The notes beneath the pieces were generated by a model. It saw only the letters and a program-made list of their open reading frames with translations. It did not search any database and was not told where the DNA came from. Shown here piece by piece: positions 29,970-40,727 of a stretch of 64,000 nucleotides of DNA. Position 1 is the first letter of the stretch, and every line of letters starts with the position of its first letter. Source of the stretch: Candidatus Poribacteria bacterium. GTDB lineage: Bacteria; Poribacteria; WGA-4E; WGA-3G. A program made the position numbers and the translations under genes. The stretch spans positions 3,328,001 through 3,392,000 of the forward strand of contig OZ251518.1 of the NCBI GenBank assembly GCA_965242965.1, in the 5' to 3' direction.

Positions 29970-30448
29970 TGAAAATCTTTAGCGAATCACTCATCATCAC
30001 GTTTTGCATAGGTATCGGTGCCCTGGCACTCTGGTGCACAGATCTTGCGGGAATACTTCCTGACAACGCTGTCAGCCAACGCGGCACGCCGTCCATAGTG
30101 CTTGAATTGCCGGAGGTGCACCAGGTCTGGCAGCGAGGCGAAGCCGTTTTTGTAGATGCCCGCGCCGCCAAATACTTCAAACTGGGACACATCCCCGGGG
30201 CAGTGAATGTCCCTGTCAACCGCGTTACGGAAACGTTGTCCGTATTGCCAACGAACAAGGACGCGTATCTGATTACCTACTGCGGGAGCATCAGCTGCCC
30301 GATTGCATATATCCTGCGGGAATTCCTGTTGGAAGAGGGATACCGAAACGTCCAAGTTTTTCCGAGCGGCATTCTCGGATGGGAAAGCGCGGGCTATCCG
30401 CTGGAGAAGGCAGATGTGGCACAGCCGGATTCCCACAGAAATGACTAG
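29969..30448 (+). CDS. Rhodanese-like domain protein with N-terminal TM
   Basis: FVDAR, GHIPGAVNVP, ITYCGSISC, GILGW; TAATG coupling. Confidence 0.85.
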   Translation: MKIFSESLIITFCIGIGALALWCTDLAGILPDNAVSQRGTPSIVLELPEVHQVWQRGEAVFVDARAAKYFKLGHIPGAVNVPVNRVTETLSVLPTNKDAYLITYCGSISCPIAYILREFLLEEGYRNVQVFPSGILGWESAGYPLEKADVAQPDSHRND

Positions 30449-30460
30449 GGACACTGAAAA

Positions 30461-30922
30461 ATGAAACAGGTTGCTGCTGTCTTGATGACACTCCTCCGAG
30501 TCGCCCTCGGCATAATTCTCCTCTTCTCCGGCATCGCCAAACTTGATGGCTTCGGCACTTTCGTTGCAGCGGTTGAGAGCTATCATATTTTACCAGCGGT
30601 GCTGCTCCGCCCCGCGAGTTACCTGCTCCTATCGGCAGAGATAACGTTGGGGCTAGCGTTGTGTATCGGCTATCGGCTATCAGGGGCTGGCGTAGTAGCA
30701 TCGCTGTTGTTCCTCTGCTTTGCAACGGCACTCGCATCGGTGCTGTGGCGGCAGCTGCCGCTCTCCTCGTGCGGATGCGAGAATGTGCTGTTTGAATGGC
30801 TGTCGCTTTCGCAAGCACCAACGTGGCAAGTAGTTTTCATTGACGGCATTTTCGCTGCCGCGAGTCTGTTCATCGCTTTCTCCCAAGAACAAGGATATAC
30901 CGTTGCATCTTTCGTCAAATGA
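30461..30922 (+). CDS. MauE/DoxX family membrane protein
   Basis: LRVALGIILLFSGIAKL, AEITLG, SCGC motif. Confidence 0.85.
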   Translation: MKQVAAVLMTLLRVALGIILLFSGIAKLDGFGTFVAAVESYHILPAVLLRPASYLLLSAEITLGLALCIGYRLSGAGVVASLLFLCFATALASVLWRQLPLSSCGCENVLFEWLSLSQAPTWQVVFIDGIFAAASLFIAFSQEQGYTVASFVK

Positions 30923-31044
30923 TTGTTGTGCTGGCGCAAACCGTTCTGTTCTGTCTCGCAACACAGATTCACTTACCAGAAAGATTCAGCACAAAAACGT
31001 AGAGATCGACAACGTCGATATCGGATAAACGGAGAGAGACACCG

Positions 31045-31515
31045 TTGCACCAGAAATCCCTATCAAACGCCTTGCGAAATACGAAAATCATTGTTCCCGC
31101 GCTGTTTCTCCTCGCCATCCTCACTATCTTGGTGAACAATCGGCGTGAAGGAAACAACGTCAATGCCGTTCCGAAACCTTTCGCTGAACTGAGCACGGAC
31201 TTATGCGATTTCGGAGATATCCTACCCGACACAACGCATAAACAGCAGGTAACCCTCTCCGTAAATGTGCCGATGGATACCGACAAGATCCGCCTGATGC
31301 CGACACACCACCCCGCGTTGACATGGAAACGCGCGCCGACATCAGAGGGCAACTTCCTCATCACTATTCAGTTGGGACTGCTGAAAGAACTAGGCATTTT
31401 TTCAGCGTTACTTACGGTGGCTTTCCCGAATGAACGCACCCTGACACTCCCTGTCACCACTCGTGTGGTGGTGCCCGTGACAGGGCAATTCAAGCACGCT
31501 CCGAAAAACCGGTAG
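31045..31515 (+). pseudogene. Possible internally deleted DUF1573/Ig-like membrane-anchored gene
   Basis: TM followed by CDFGDI motif, but short; starts inside a repeat-like sequence. Confidence 0.35.
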
Positions 31516-31785
31516 GAGAGCCCTCCCGGTCTCGATGCCTCCGCGAACGTCCGATGGCGCGCCGTAGGAGAGTCAGACCGCCTCACCTCTGTAGGTCAGG
31601 ATCGCCTGATCCTGACCCGTTCGGGAGCGGGCGCTCCCGAACTACAGAGTTATGAAACACCGTCCTGTTCCCGTAGCGCGGGGGCCTGTCCCCCGCGAAT
31701 GTGAAGAAACCGTCCTGTTCCCGTAGCGCGGGGGCCTGTCCCCCGCGATCGTGGCATGGCGAGGGACAGGCCCTCGCCCTACGGT
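31512..31785. repeat. REP cluster with a partial TIR-element end
   Basis: C, D and A/B REPs; ttatgaaacaccg near 31650. Confidence 0.75.
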
Positions 31786-31805
31786 AACGGGGAGCATTTT
31801 TCGGT

Positions 31806-34800
31806 CTACGCGAGGAGAGGCGGCAATTCCCCAACCAACCGCACCGTCTCTTCACTAACGTGCATCACTTGCCCCACCAACCGAACAATATATTGCGCAT
31901 CCGAACCATTCGGATCGGAGACAATACCACTCCCATTCGGATCGGGTTTGACGCGATACCTATCAATAAGCCACTCTAATGCCGAACGAGTGCCTAAACG
32001 ATAGTCGAATACCGCCGGCGGGATATCCACTACCGTCAAAGAATCATTGTAACGGAGTTGCGTTTTATCTTTGGATAATTCCATCTTCTCGACGCGCCAA
32101 TTGAGAGGCGGGGTCTCAATGAGGTTAGGCATCACGTCAAGGGTTTCATAATTGACGTGCAAGTCTGCCAAAGCGCGCCCGATGTTCACAAATCCCCAGA
32201 AATCCAGGGTGAAGGGGAGATGCGGCAAGTCGTGCTTGAGGTTGACCTGATATGTCTCGCGGTATTCGGGATGATGCAAAATCGCGTAATTGTAGTGGAA
32301 AATGTCCCACTTGGAGATTGTATCGTCGGCGTAATGCGCGCGGAAATGGGACAATGCCCAGTCGGTGATGTTTTCTCGACGGTTTGTGCCATCCTCATCG
32401 TAGGTGTAGAAGGGGAAGCACTGCGTTTTTTCGAGAAAATCAATGCACGGAATCTTGTCTGTCATGAGTGCCTGAAACGGTTTGTTGCTGGCAGTGCCGC
32501 TGACGCAAATGACGCGATTTTCCTTTTCTGATGCAACCGTGGGAAAGATGGCGGGCATCCCGGCAACCCTTTGGTTCATCAACCTGTCAAAATAGAGATG
32601 CATTTTGGTGAATGGACGATACAGGGAAATGCGGCGTTTTTCGGGCGAAAACTCAACCCGCGTTCCCTTTTCCAGTGCCGCTTTCAGCCGGTCTGTCCAC
32701 TTAATGTTCCGGCGTTCTTGACTCACAAAATCGTTGACAGCGAGCTGCCTGTCGGTGCGCCGTTCCCAACGAGATGTCTCAGCGTTGTAGAACTCAATCA
32801 TCCGCGCCATGTTCGCTGCCAATGTTTCCTGATGGAAATGGTATGCCCATGCATCGCGGTTCGTTGAAACACCGAGGCTGAAAGTTTTGAAAATCGTGCC
32901 TCCTACGTCGCCTTTCGTCGCTTTCGCTGACTGGGTGCCCATCGGCAGAAACGTCTCAAAATCAGAACGGAGCCCTTCGGTGAGCCACATCTGGCGCGCG
33001 TTCGGCTGAATCTCGCGCCACTTGACATTGCCGACGTGAACCGTCTCTTCCAAAAATTGGAACGTGTCGGCTTTGGAGAGCTCCGCGGTTTCCTCGTGAT
33101 AGCGGATACGCGCGCTCCCCTCGCGCGGCTGCCCCGTTTTCACGAGGAAACTAATGCTCACCCCGACAGTAATTCCGAAAACGTTGGAATTGCCCGGTTG
33201 TCCCTTGCGGATGTTGCCCCCGAGGTCTAGCACGTAAAGCCAGTCAAATTCCTCAGCGAGACACTGCCGCACGCCATCGAACATCTCGCTGTGGATAAAA
33301 CTATTGTTGGTGATGAGGGCGATGATGCCTTCTTTGCGGATTTTATCCGATGCCCAGCGGAGGGATTTCACATAAGGATCGTAGAGTTTGTTCTTGAGCC
33401 GCGCCGTGGAGGCGGCGACGTAAGTGGCGCGGACGCGGTTATCCACTGCCTCGTGTTGCCGATTCTGATTGTTATCGTTCTCGTTCTGCTGTCCGGCGTT
33501 GTAGGGCGGATTCCCGATGACAACGAACATCGGTGTCTCCTTCTGCTCTCGAACGCGCATCGTGTTTTCCGGTGTGAAATAGGCGAATTCGCCGGTCTGG
33601 TTCGGCGCGTCCATCAGCCCGAAAGTATCAAACGTATCCACGAAGCAGATGTGCTTGAACGGCTCGTATCTCCCCATCTTCTCGTAATAGGCGTGCTCAA
33701 TGTTCATCGTCGCGATGTAGTAAGGCAAAAGCATCACCTCGTTGCAATGCAACTCGCCTTTATATTTCTTGTCGAGCGCGATGCCGGGGATATCCTGCAT
33801 CAAGCGCACGATGAAGTTGCCGGTGCCGACGAAGGGGTCGATGATATGCACTCCTGTATCGGCCAGCGATTTGCCGAAGTGGGTTTTCAGGAGGTGTTGG
33901 ACGCTATTCACCATGAAATCAACGATGGGCTGCGGCGTGTAGACGACCCCATGTCTATCGGCATCCTTGACAGAAAAATCTTGGAAGAAGCGTTGATAGA
34001 GCGTGTTGAGAAAATCTTGCTTCTGGGAATAATCTGTCAGCGTCCGCGCCGTGTTTTCCACCGCTTCGTAGAAGGGTTTGAGTTCGCTGAAAAATTGTGA
34101 GCGGTTGAGTGCCTCCCGGGTCAGCACATCAATCACTTTCTCAATCTCGCGTGCGATGACGTTTCGTCGCGTGAAATCGAGGTTATCAAAGACAGTGCGG
34201 AAGATGTGTTCTGTCATGAGATGCTGCGTGAGCATGCGTTCGACTTCGGCCGCGGGGAGATTCGGGTTAATTGCCTCTTGGCACTGCTGATGGAAATGCG
34301 CGAACGCGTCTCGGAATTCGGGGGTATTCTGGCGTTCGGTTTGGATGAGCGTCTCCAATTTCGCGCCGAGTTCGGGGATGGTATCTTGGAAGGTATTGAC
34401 AGCATCATCCCACTCGGCGAGATTCTCCTCTGTGTAGGTGAAGAAGGTTTCAAGCAACTGGATGAGATCGCGCGGCTCGGTGATGTCCACATCCAAGGCA
34501 AGTGCGCCGTTTTGGTAGAGGATGGCGCGGTGCGGGGTTTGGAAGATGATGTTTTTGGCGGGGTAGCCGATGGCGAATTTCTGCTGTGCTTCAGCGGGTA
34601 GATCATCAAGGAGGTCTTTCGCCTCCCAATGGCCGAAGATGAGTCCGAAGTCGGTGACGATTTCGCCATCAATGCGGATGTGGTTGCCGTTGGGGGTGGT
34701 GCGCGTCTTTTCGCATATCAGCGTGAGGTTGCGCAGGCCGCAGTAGTATTGCAAGAGCGTTTGGAAGGCGACGCGAACGGCACCTTCATGTTGCGCGCCG

Positions 34801-34871
34801 AGTTTCGCATAGCGTCCGAGCTCAGCGTAATAGTTTTTTATGGGTTTGTGTGTCGGTTTGATGTTGAGCAT
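31806..34871 (-). CDS. Single-chain restriction-modification enzyme: N-terminal nuclease-like region, N6-adenine MTase, Type ISP-like C-terminal specificity domain, no helicase
   Basis: IDG...WEAK; GVVYTPQPIVDF; DPFVGTGNF; GNPPY; YRPFTKMHLYFD; YAILHHPEYRETY; ALEWLIDRY. Confidence 0.85.
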   Translation of the reverse strand: MLNIKPTHKPIKNYYAELGRYAKLGAQHEGAVRVAFQTLLQYYCGLRNLTLICEKTRTTPNGNHIRIDGEIVTDFGLIFGHWEAKDLLDDLPAEAQQKFAIGYPAKNIIFQTPHRAILYQNGALALDVDITEPRDLIQLLETFFTYTEENLAEWDDAVNTFQDTIPELGAKLETLIQTERQNTPEFRDAFAHFHQQCQEAINPNLPAAEVERMLTQHLMTEHIFRTVFDNLDFTRRNVIAREIEKVIDVLTREALNRSQFFSELKPFYEAVENTARTLTDYSQKQDFLNTLYQRFFQDFSVKDADRHGVVYTPQPIVDFMVNSVQHLLKTHFGKSLADTGVHIIDPFVGTGNFIVRLMQDIPGIALDKKYKGELHCNEVMLLPYYIATMNIEHAYYEKMGRYEPFKHICFVDTFDTFGLMDAPNQTGEFAYFTPENTMRVREQKETPMFVVIGNPPYNAGQQNENDNNQNRQHEAVDNRVRATYVAASTARLKNKLYDPYVKSLRWASDKIRKEGIIALITNNSFIHSEMFDGVRQCLAEEFDWLYVLDLGGNIRKGQPGNSNVFGITVGVSISFLVKTGQPREGSARIRYHEETAELSKADTFQFLEETVHVGNVKWREIQPNARQMWLTEGLRSDFETFLPMGTQSAKATKGDVGGTIFKTFSLGVSTNRDAWAYHFHQETLAANMARMIEFYNAETSRWERRTDRQLAVNDFVSQERRNIKWTDRLKAALEKGTRVEFSPEKRRISLYRPFTKMHLYFDRLMNQRVAGMPAIFPTVASEKENRVICVSGTASNKPFQALMTDKIPCIDFLEKTQCFPFYTYDEDGTNRRENITDWALSHFRAHYADDTISKWDIFHYNYAILHHPEYRETYQVNLKHDLPHLPFTLDFWGFVNIGRALADLHVNYETLDVMPNLIETPPLNWRVEKMELSKDKTQLRYNDSLTVVDIPPAVFDYRLGTRSALEWLIDRYRVKPDPNGSGIVSDPNGSDAQYIVRLVGQVMHVSEETVRLVGELPPLLA

Positions 34872-34959
34872 TGTTGTCCTCCGTGTTTTGATTGGGTTAT
34901 GAGAATTTTAACGTAAGTCAAAATAAATTGCAAGGGATTAAAAAACGGGGCATGAAACG

Positions 34960-35535
34960 ATCGCGGGGGACAGGCCCCCGCGCTACGGTATCCGGAACGC
35001 TCTCTCTTACCGTAGGGCGAGGGCCTGTCCCTCGCCATGCTGCGGTCTATCAAACGATCGCGGGGGACAGGCCCCCGCGCTACGGTAGATGAGGCGGCCT
35101 CGCGTTTGATCCGTTCGGGAGCAGGCGCTCCCGAACTACAGTCTCTGGGGCACGCGAACGATCGCGGGGGACAGGCCCCCGCGCTACGGTAGATGAGGCG
35201 GCCTCGCGTTTGATCCGTTCGGGATCAGGCGCTCCCGAACTACGGTCACTAGGGCACGCCGACGATCGCGGGGGACAGGCCCCCGCGCTACGGTAACCGG
35301 AACGGCTCGTTTTACCGTAGGGCGAGGGCCTGTCCCTCGCCATGCTGCGATCGCGGAGGAAACCCGCGCGGATGCGCGGATGCATCCGAGGCCCCCGCGC
35401 GACGGGGCATGAAACGATCGCGGGGGACAGGCCCCCGCGCTACGGTAACCGGAACGGTTTCTCTTACCGAGCGGCAGCAATCGAGACCGGGAGGGCTCTC
35501 CTACCCGAAAGCATCGAGTTATGAAACACCCCGAA
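34960..35535. repeat. REP cluster with internal duplications and a lone TIR-like end
   Basis: Duplicated gtagatgaggcggcctcgcgtttgatccgttcggga; ttatgaaacaccc near 35520. Confidence 0.8.
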
Positions 35536-35558
35536 ATCAATTAAATTTCCCTCACCTT

Positions 35559-36323
35559 TTACGAAAGCCCCATCGCCTGCATGTTCCGCAAACTGATACC
35601 GAGACTCTCAAACGGGTCGCGTTCGTAGCAAGAATCTTGCTCGACGATATACCATTCCACGCCGGCATAGGCACACGCATCCAAAATCGCGGGCCAATTC
35701 AGATTGCCCTCGCCGACTTCAGCAAAGCGTTGGGTAGAACCCTGCATCGCCATGTCCTTGAAATGGATGATAGCGGCGCGGCCTTTGAGTCTCCGGATCC
35801 ACTCGCCCGGGTCGCCGCCGCCGTGCTGGATCCAGTAGGTATCAAGCTCGCTGTGGAAATAGTTCGCATCGCTTTCTTCGTAGAGGATGGCTAATCCGGT
35901 GCGTCCGTTAAAGCGTTCTAACTCAAAACTGTGGTTGTGATAGGAAAAGGTGATGCCGCCTTCGGCGAGGCGCGCGGCGACTTCGGATGCCTCTTTCGCA
36001 AACGTGGCAAACCCCTCGGCGTTGCGATATTCGCCGGGGATACCGCCGATAGCGGCGTGTTTGCATCCCCATAATTGATGCTCGTCAATGACGGCTTGCG
36101 GTTCATCGCGCATGCGCGTATAGTCGGTGTGCGTGGCACAAATGGTGATGCCTTCACCGTCAACGATATTCTTGAGTGCCACCGGTGAAATCGGGCCGAG
36201 TGCAGAGCATTGCACCGCTTCATAGCCGAGCTGCCGCACCTTTTTTAGCGACTCGGCGATGCCAGCCTCGGTTTTGGTGAAGTCCCGAACGGTATAGAGT
36301 TGGGCTGCGATTTGTGTTGTCAT
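35559..36323 (-). CDS. Sugar phosphate isomerase/epimerase (xylose isomerase-like TIM barrel)
   Basis: AQLYTVRD, YHNHSFE, ELDTYW, HFKD, EVGEG, IVEQD. Confidence 0.9.
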   Translation of the reverse strand: MTTQIAAQLYTVRDFTKTEAGIAESLKKVRQLGYEAVQCSALGPISPVALKNIVDGEGITICATHTDYTRMRDEPQAVIDEHQLWGCKHAAIGGIPGEYRNAEGFATFAKEASEVAARLAEGGITFSYHNHSFELERFNGRTGLAILYEESDANYFHSELDTYWIQHGGGDPGEWIRRLKGRAAIIHFKDMAMQGSTQRFAEVGEGNLNWPAILDACAYAGVEWYIVEQDSCYERDPFESLGISLRNMQAMGLS

Positions 36324-36397
36324 GAATTCTGTCCTTGTGAAATATAGGCTTTGCAAATAATTTACCTAAAAATCCAAAAAATGTCAAGAAAAATAGT

Positions 36398-36860
36398 AAA
36401 CGGGTTATTTTGCAAACCACCGCGCCGCCATCACGTAGGGCGAGGGCCCGCGCAGGTTTCCACACGCGCAGGCGAGCGGGGTTCCCTCGCCGTGCGTTTT
36501 GGTGTCAGACCGCATCACCCCTGTAGGTCAGGATCGCCTGATCCTGACCCGTTCGGGATCTGGCGATCCCGAACTACAGAGGTGGGCCCAATGCCTGCGG
36601 GTATTCGCCCGCCCACCAAGGCGGGATAAATACCGAAACGGCGTTATGAAACACCCTCATTAAAACGGGTTATTTTGCAAACCACCGCCCCCTCACGTAG
36701 GGCGAGGGCCTGTCCCTCGCTATGCTGCAAGCACAGAGAGATCACAGGGGACAGGCCCCCGCGCTACGGTACTCCCTGTCCCTCGCCATCCTGCGAGCAC
36801 AGAGAGATCACGGGGGACAGGCCCCCGCGCTACGGTACTGCCTGTCCCTCGCCATCCTGC
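36398..36860. repeat. REP modules with one TIR end and a 25-bp direct repeat
   Basis: aaacgggttattttgcaaaccaccg at about 36398 and 36663. Confidence 0.75.
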
Positions 36861-36952
36861 GAGCACAAAAGACAACTCCCCAGGCCACATTCCAAGGATA
36901 GATAAAAAATTTGACTTGCAGAGAAAACACATTTTTGGTAAACTAATCTATT

Positions 36953-37306
36953 ATGAACAGTTTTTTCTTTGGCGGCAACAGCCGTGGACGCTTCCGCTTG
37001 TTCCGCATCTTACTGCATTTCCCGAATTTTATCCGGCTGGCATGGCGGCTGTTCAGCGACGAACGCGTGCCTATCCACCGGAAGGCTATCCTCGTGTTGG
37101 CGGAACTCATCGCGGTGACTTTCGCGATTATCTATTTCGTGAATCCACTCGATTTCGATTTTCTCCCGGTCTTCGGCCACATCGATGATCTTCTCATCGG
37201 CGCGGTGGTTATTCTGGTGCCGGGAGCGTGGCTATTTATTCGGATGTGCCCGCCGCATGTCGTCCGCGAACACGTTGCTCGGCTATCGGGCCAGTCCTCC
37301 CGCTAA
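36953..37306 (+). CDS. YkvA/DUF1232 family membrane protein
   Basis: LFSDERVP, YFVNPLDFDFLPVFGHIDD. Confidence 0.85.
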   Translation: MNSFFFGGNSRGRFRLFRILLHFPNFIRLAWRLFSDERVPIHRKAILVLAELIAVTFAIIYFVNPLDFDFLPVFGHIDDLLIGAVVILVPGAWLFIRMCPPHVVREHVARLSGQSSR

Positions 37307-37460
37307 TTTTTTTTGACAACAGTATTGCATCGAGACCGGGAGGTCTCTCCTACCGGGGAAGCAAACCTAACGCATTGTGAAATACAGCATTTTTTTGGAA
37401 CTTTATGGGGAGATAGGTGTGTTTTTAAAGTGTAAATACCAAAATAATGGAGGCTATGTC

Positions 37461-39080
37461 ATGTTCAAATCCAGAACCACCCTACAAAAACGCGTAGGGA
37501 TGCTTTTACTTTTAGTCGGGTTTATCGCTGTTGCGGGGTTCGTCATCAACCGGGGTTCGGTGATGTTCGAGACGGGGAGCGCGGACACGTTCATCAACCA
37601 CGGCGGTGAGCACTTCCTGGTGCCGACGGCTATCGCGCAAACGAACGAACCGTTTCAGAATTCCGAAGACTTCCAAGCTCTGGCGAGCGCGAATCGGGCA
37701 TTTATCGCGCTCGTTGCGAAGACGCGCCCATCCGTTGTCAAAATCCAGACTGCGCGAGCGATTAACCTCCGCGCGCCAGACAGGGATGACAACTTTTTCC
37801 GGTTCTTTTTTGATAGTCCGATGCCGCGCGATGAAGAACGCCGTCAGTTTCAACGCGGGACCGGCTCCGGCGTGATTGTCAGTGATGATGGTTACATTCT
37901 CACGAATAATCATGTCATTGAAGGCGCAAACGAAATTACCGTTGTCCTCTCAAATGAACGGGAATACAAGGCGGAGCTAATCGGACGAGATCCGGCCGGC
38001 AGCGGTGCCGGCGGCAGTGATCTTGCCGTTCTCAAAATCAAGGCGGAGGGGCTTCCCGCACTTCCCTTCGGCGATTCCGATGCGCTTGACGTTGGCGAGT
38101 GGGTTATCGCCATTGGGACACCCTTGGAATTCTCGCAGACTGTCACGCGCGGGATTGTCAGCGCGAAAGACAGACCTGGGTTTACCCAGAGAGATTACGC
38201 GCAATTTATCCAAACCGATGCGCCGATTAATCGCGGCAACAGCGGCGGCGCGCTGATTAACATCCGTGGGGAACTGGTCGGCATTAATACCTTAATCGCT
38301 ACGGGCGGTTTCACTACCGGGAACATCGGCATTGGGTTTGCCATTCCGAGCAACATGGCACGCAGTATCATGCCGCAACTCATCGAAAACGGGAAGGTAG
38401 TGCGCGGCTGGCTCGGCATCAGCATGAGCCCGGTTGACTTCGATCTGGCAGAAAAACTCAACATGGAGAGTCCACACGGTGCCCAAGTCACGCAAGTTGG
38501 CAAAGGCAGTCCGGCGGAAAAAGGCGGCATCCGACGTGGCGACGTTATCGTTGAATTTAACGGCGTGAAAATCCGGAATTTCGGGCACCTGAAGCACGTT
38601 GTCGGCGCAGCAGGTGTCGGAAAATCGGTAGACGTAATAGTCCTCCGAGCCGGAAAAGAAAAACGGCTCACCATCAAATTAGGCAAGCGGACAGAGGCAG
38701 TCCTAGAGACACTTGAGGACTCGCGGGAAGTCGTTCCGGACATCGGAGAGCCACAAACCGATTTTGCGGGGCTGCGCGTGCAGGCACTGACACCGGCGTT
38801 TATTGAACGCTACGGCTATGCACAGGACGATACCGGTGTCATCGTCACGCACGTTGAGAAGGACAGCAATGCCGAGAAGAAGGGCATCACCCCCGGAACC
38901 CTCATCCAAGAGATGGAATACACACCGATTGACAATCTGGAGACGTATTCCGCCTTGGCCCGACGATTGGCAGAGAGTGAAGAAAAGCGCATCCTCCTCT
39001 ACGTCAAATTCCCAAATGGAGAGGGTGCCGGTTACGTTACCTTGAACCTTGCCCGAGTCGGAGAAAAGTTAGACCGGTAA
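37461..39080 (+). CDS. DegP/DegQ (HtrA, Do family) serine protease with two PDZ domains
   Basis: GSGVIV, TNNHV, SDLAVLK, QTDAPINRGNSGG; RBS ggagg. Confidence 0.95.
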   Translation: MFKSRTTLQKRVGMLLLLVGFIAVAGFVINRGSVMFETGSADTFINHGGEHFLVPTAIAQTNEPFQNSEDFQALASANRAFIALVAKTRPSVVKIQTARAINLRAPDRDDNFFRFFFDSPMPRDEERRQFQRGTGSGVIVSDDGYILTNNHVIEGANEITVVLSNEREYKAELIGRDPAGSGAGGSDLAVLKIKAEGLPALPFGDSDALDVGEWVIAIGTPLEFSQTVTRGIVSAKDRPGFTQRDYAQFIQTDAPINRGNSGGALINIRGELVGINTLIATGGFTTGNIGIGFAIPSNMARSIMPQLIENGKVVRGWLGISMSPVDFDLAEKLNMESPHGAQVTQVGKGSPAEKGGIRRGDVIVEFNGVKIRNFGHLKHVVGAAGVGKSVDVIVLRAGKEKRLTIKLGKRTEAVLETLEDSREVVPDIGEPQTDFAGLRVQALTPAFIERYGYAQDDTGVIVTHVEKDSNAEKKGITPGTLIQEMEYTPIDNLETYSALARRLAESEEKRILLYVKFPNGEGAGYVTLNLARVGEKLDR

Positions 39081-39275
39081 TTTCAGAGGTAGGGCTCACA
39101 GGAAAATCGAAAGATAAACGGGGCATTTCGGTAGGAGGGACAGCCTTGGCCCGAGCCCTTGCATGGCGAGACCGGGAGGTCTCTCCTACCGGGAAATCTT
39201 CCGTAACAAAAACCGAGATATCGACAACGTCAAGATCGGAACTACGGAGCGAACGCCTTGCGAAACGAGGAAAAT

Positions 39276-40286
39276 ATGAGTGGGAAACGAGTTGTTTGGC
39301 CAGAACGCGCCAAAGTTGAGATTGAAGATTTTGAAATCCCGGCCATCGGCGATGAGGAGGTGCTTGTGGAAACCGAATGCAGCCTCATCAGCCCTGGGAC
39401 AGAACGCGCCTTTTTATTGGGCTTGCCCAACGCGGTAGGCAGTTATCCGTCGCGTCCCGGCTACAGCAATATCGGAAAAGTTATCGCCATTGGGAAAGCT
39501 GTCACGGGATGGGAGGTAGGCGAACGTGTTGCCTCCACACGCGGACACACCAGCCACTTCTCCACTGAACCGCATCGGTTGCTAAAGTTGGAATCGCCTG
39601 ATGCCCACACCTCTCCCGCGCTCGCTGAGGAAGCCGTCTTTTTCAACCTCGGCGCGATTGCTTTGCAAGGCGTGCGGAAGGCATGCATCGAATTAGGTGA
39701 AGCGACGTTGGTGCTTGGACAAGGGCTCATCGGTTTGCTCGCGCTGCAACTCGCCAGACTGAGCGGGGCAGTGCCAGCTATCGCGGCAGATTTGACAGAT
39801 AGCCGCCTTGAGGTAGCCAAAAGCATCGGCGCAGACTGCACTCTCAACCCCGAAAATGCCGACTTCGCCGAACAATTGGCAGAAGCGACAGGTGGGAAAG
39901 GCCCAGCGGTTGTCATCGAAGCGACGGGACATCCCGATGCAATCAGCACTGCGTTAGACGTAGCCGGATGGGGCGCGCGCGTCGTCATCCTCGCAAGCAC
40001 GCGCGGTGAAACACCTAAGGTTAACTTCTACCGGGATGTGCATAAAAAGGGACTTATCCTCTACGGCGCGCATAATTCCATCCGTCCTCGCCACGAATCC
40101 TCATCGCATTTCTGGACGCTGGAAGATGACAGCAGATTAATGCTCAAACTCATTGCACAGAAACGGTTCACCGTTGCGCCGCTCATCACGCATCGCATAC
40201 GCGGCGAGGAGGCACCGAAGGCGTATCAACTGCTGATGGCATGGAACCCCGGATTGCTCGGTGTAGTTCTTCAATGGAACACATAG
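39276..40286 (+). CDS. Zinc-binding alcohol dehydrogenase (MDR) family oxidoreductase
   Basis: SLISPGTE, PGYS, GQGLIG, VVIEATG, LITHR. Confidence 0.9.
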   Translation: MSGKRVVWPERAKVEIEDFEIPAIGDEEVLVETECSLISPGTERAFLLGLPNAVGSYPSRPGYSNIGKVIAIGKAVTGWEVGERVASTRGHTSHFSTEPHRLLKLESPDAHTSPALAEEAVFFNLGAIALQGVRKACIELGEATLVLGQGLIGLLALQLARLSGAVPAIAADLTDSRLEVAKSIGADCTLNPENADFAEQLAEATGGKGPAVVIEATGHPDAISTALDVAGWGARVVILASTRGETPKVNFYRDVHKKGLILYGAHNSIRPRHESSSHFWTLEDDSRLMLKLIAQKRFTVAPLITHRIRGEEAPKAYQLLMAWNPGLLGVVLQWNT

Positions 40287-40288
40287 TT

Positions 40289-40667
40289 GAGGGTGTTTCA
40301 TATTTCGCTCAACGTCGCGGGGGACAGGCCCCCGCGCTACGGTAACAGGAGGGGGTCTTAGTCGAAGAACATCCCCTTTCCCCGTAGGGCGAGGGCCTGT
40401 CCCTCGCCATGCTGCGGACTACCAAACGATGCGGGGGACAGGCCCCCGCGCTACGGTAACAGGAGGGGGTCTTAGTCGAAAAATGCCCCCCCCTTCACGT
40501 AGGGCGAGGGCCTGTCCCTCGCCATGCTGCGGATTACCAAACGATCGCGGGGGACAGGCCCCCGCGCTACGGTACTGTGACATTTTCTTGCCAGGTCTTT
40601 CCTCCGGTGTCGCATCGAGACCCGAGGTCTCTCCTACAGGGAAGCCATCGAGATATGAAACACCCTC
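40289..40667. mobile_element. TIR/REP MITE-like element (379 bp)
   Basis: gagggtgtttcatat...atatgaaacaccctc; flanks ACATAGTT/ACATAACT. Confidence 0.8.
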
Positions 40668-40727
40668 ACATAACTATCTCCAGGAACCTAGTCATGGAGA
40701 ACGTCAACCACAGATATACAGAGAGAG

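Noticed and set aside
23321-35535. tRNA-anchored genomic island or prophage
   Set aside because: No integrase, phage genes or duplicated tRNA 3' end seen; repeats match the rest of the window.
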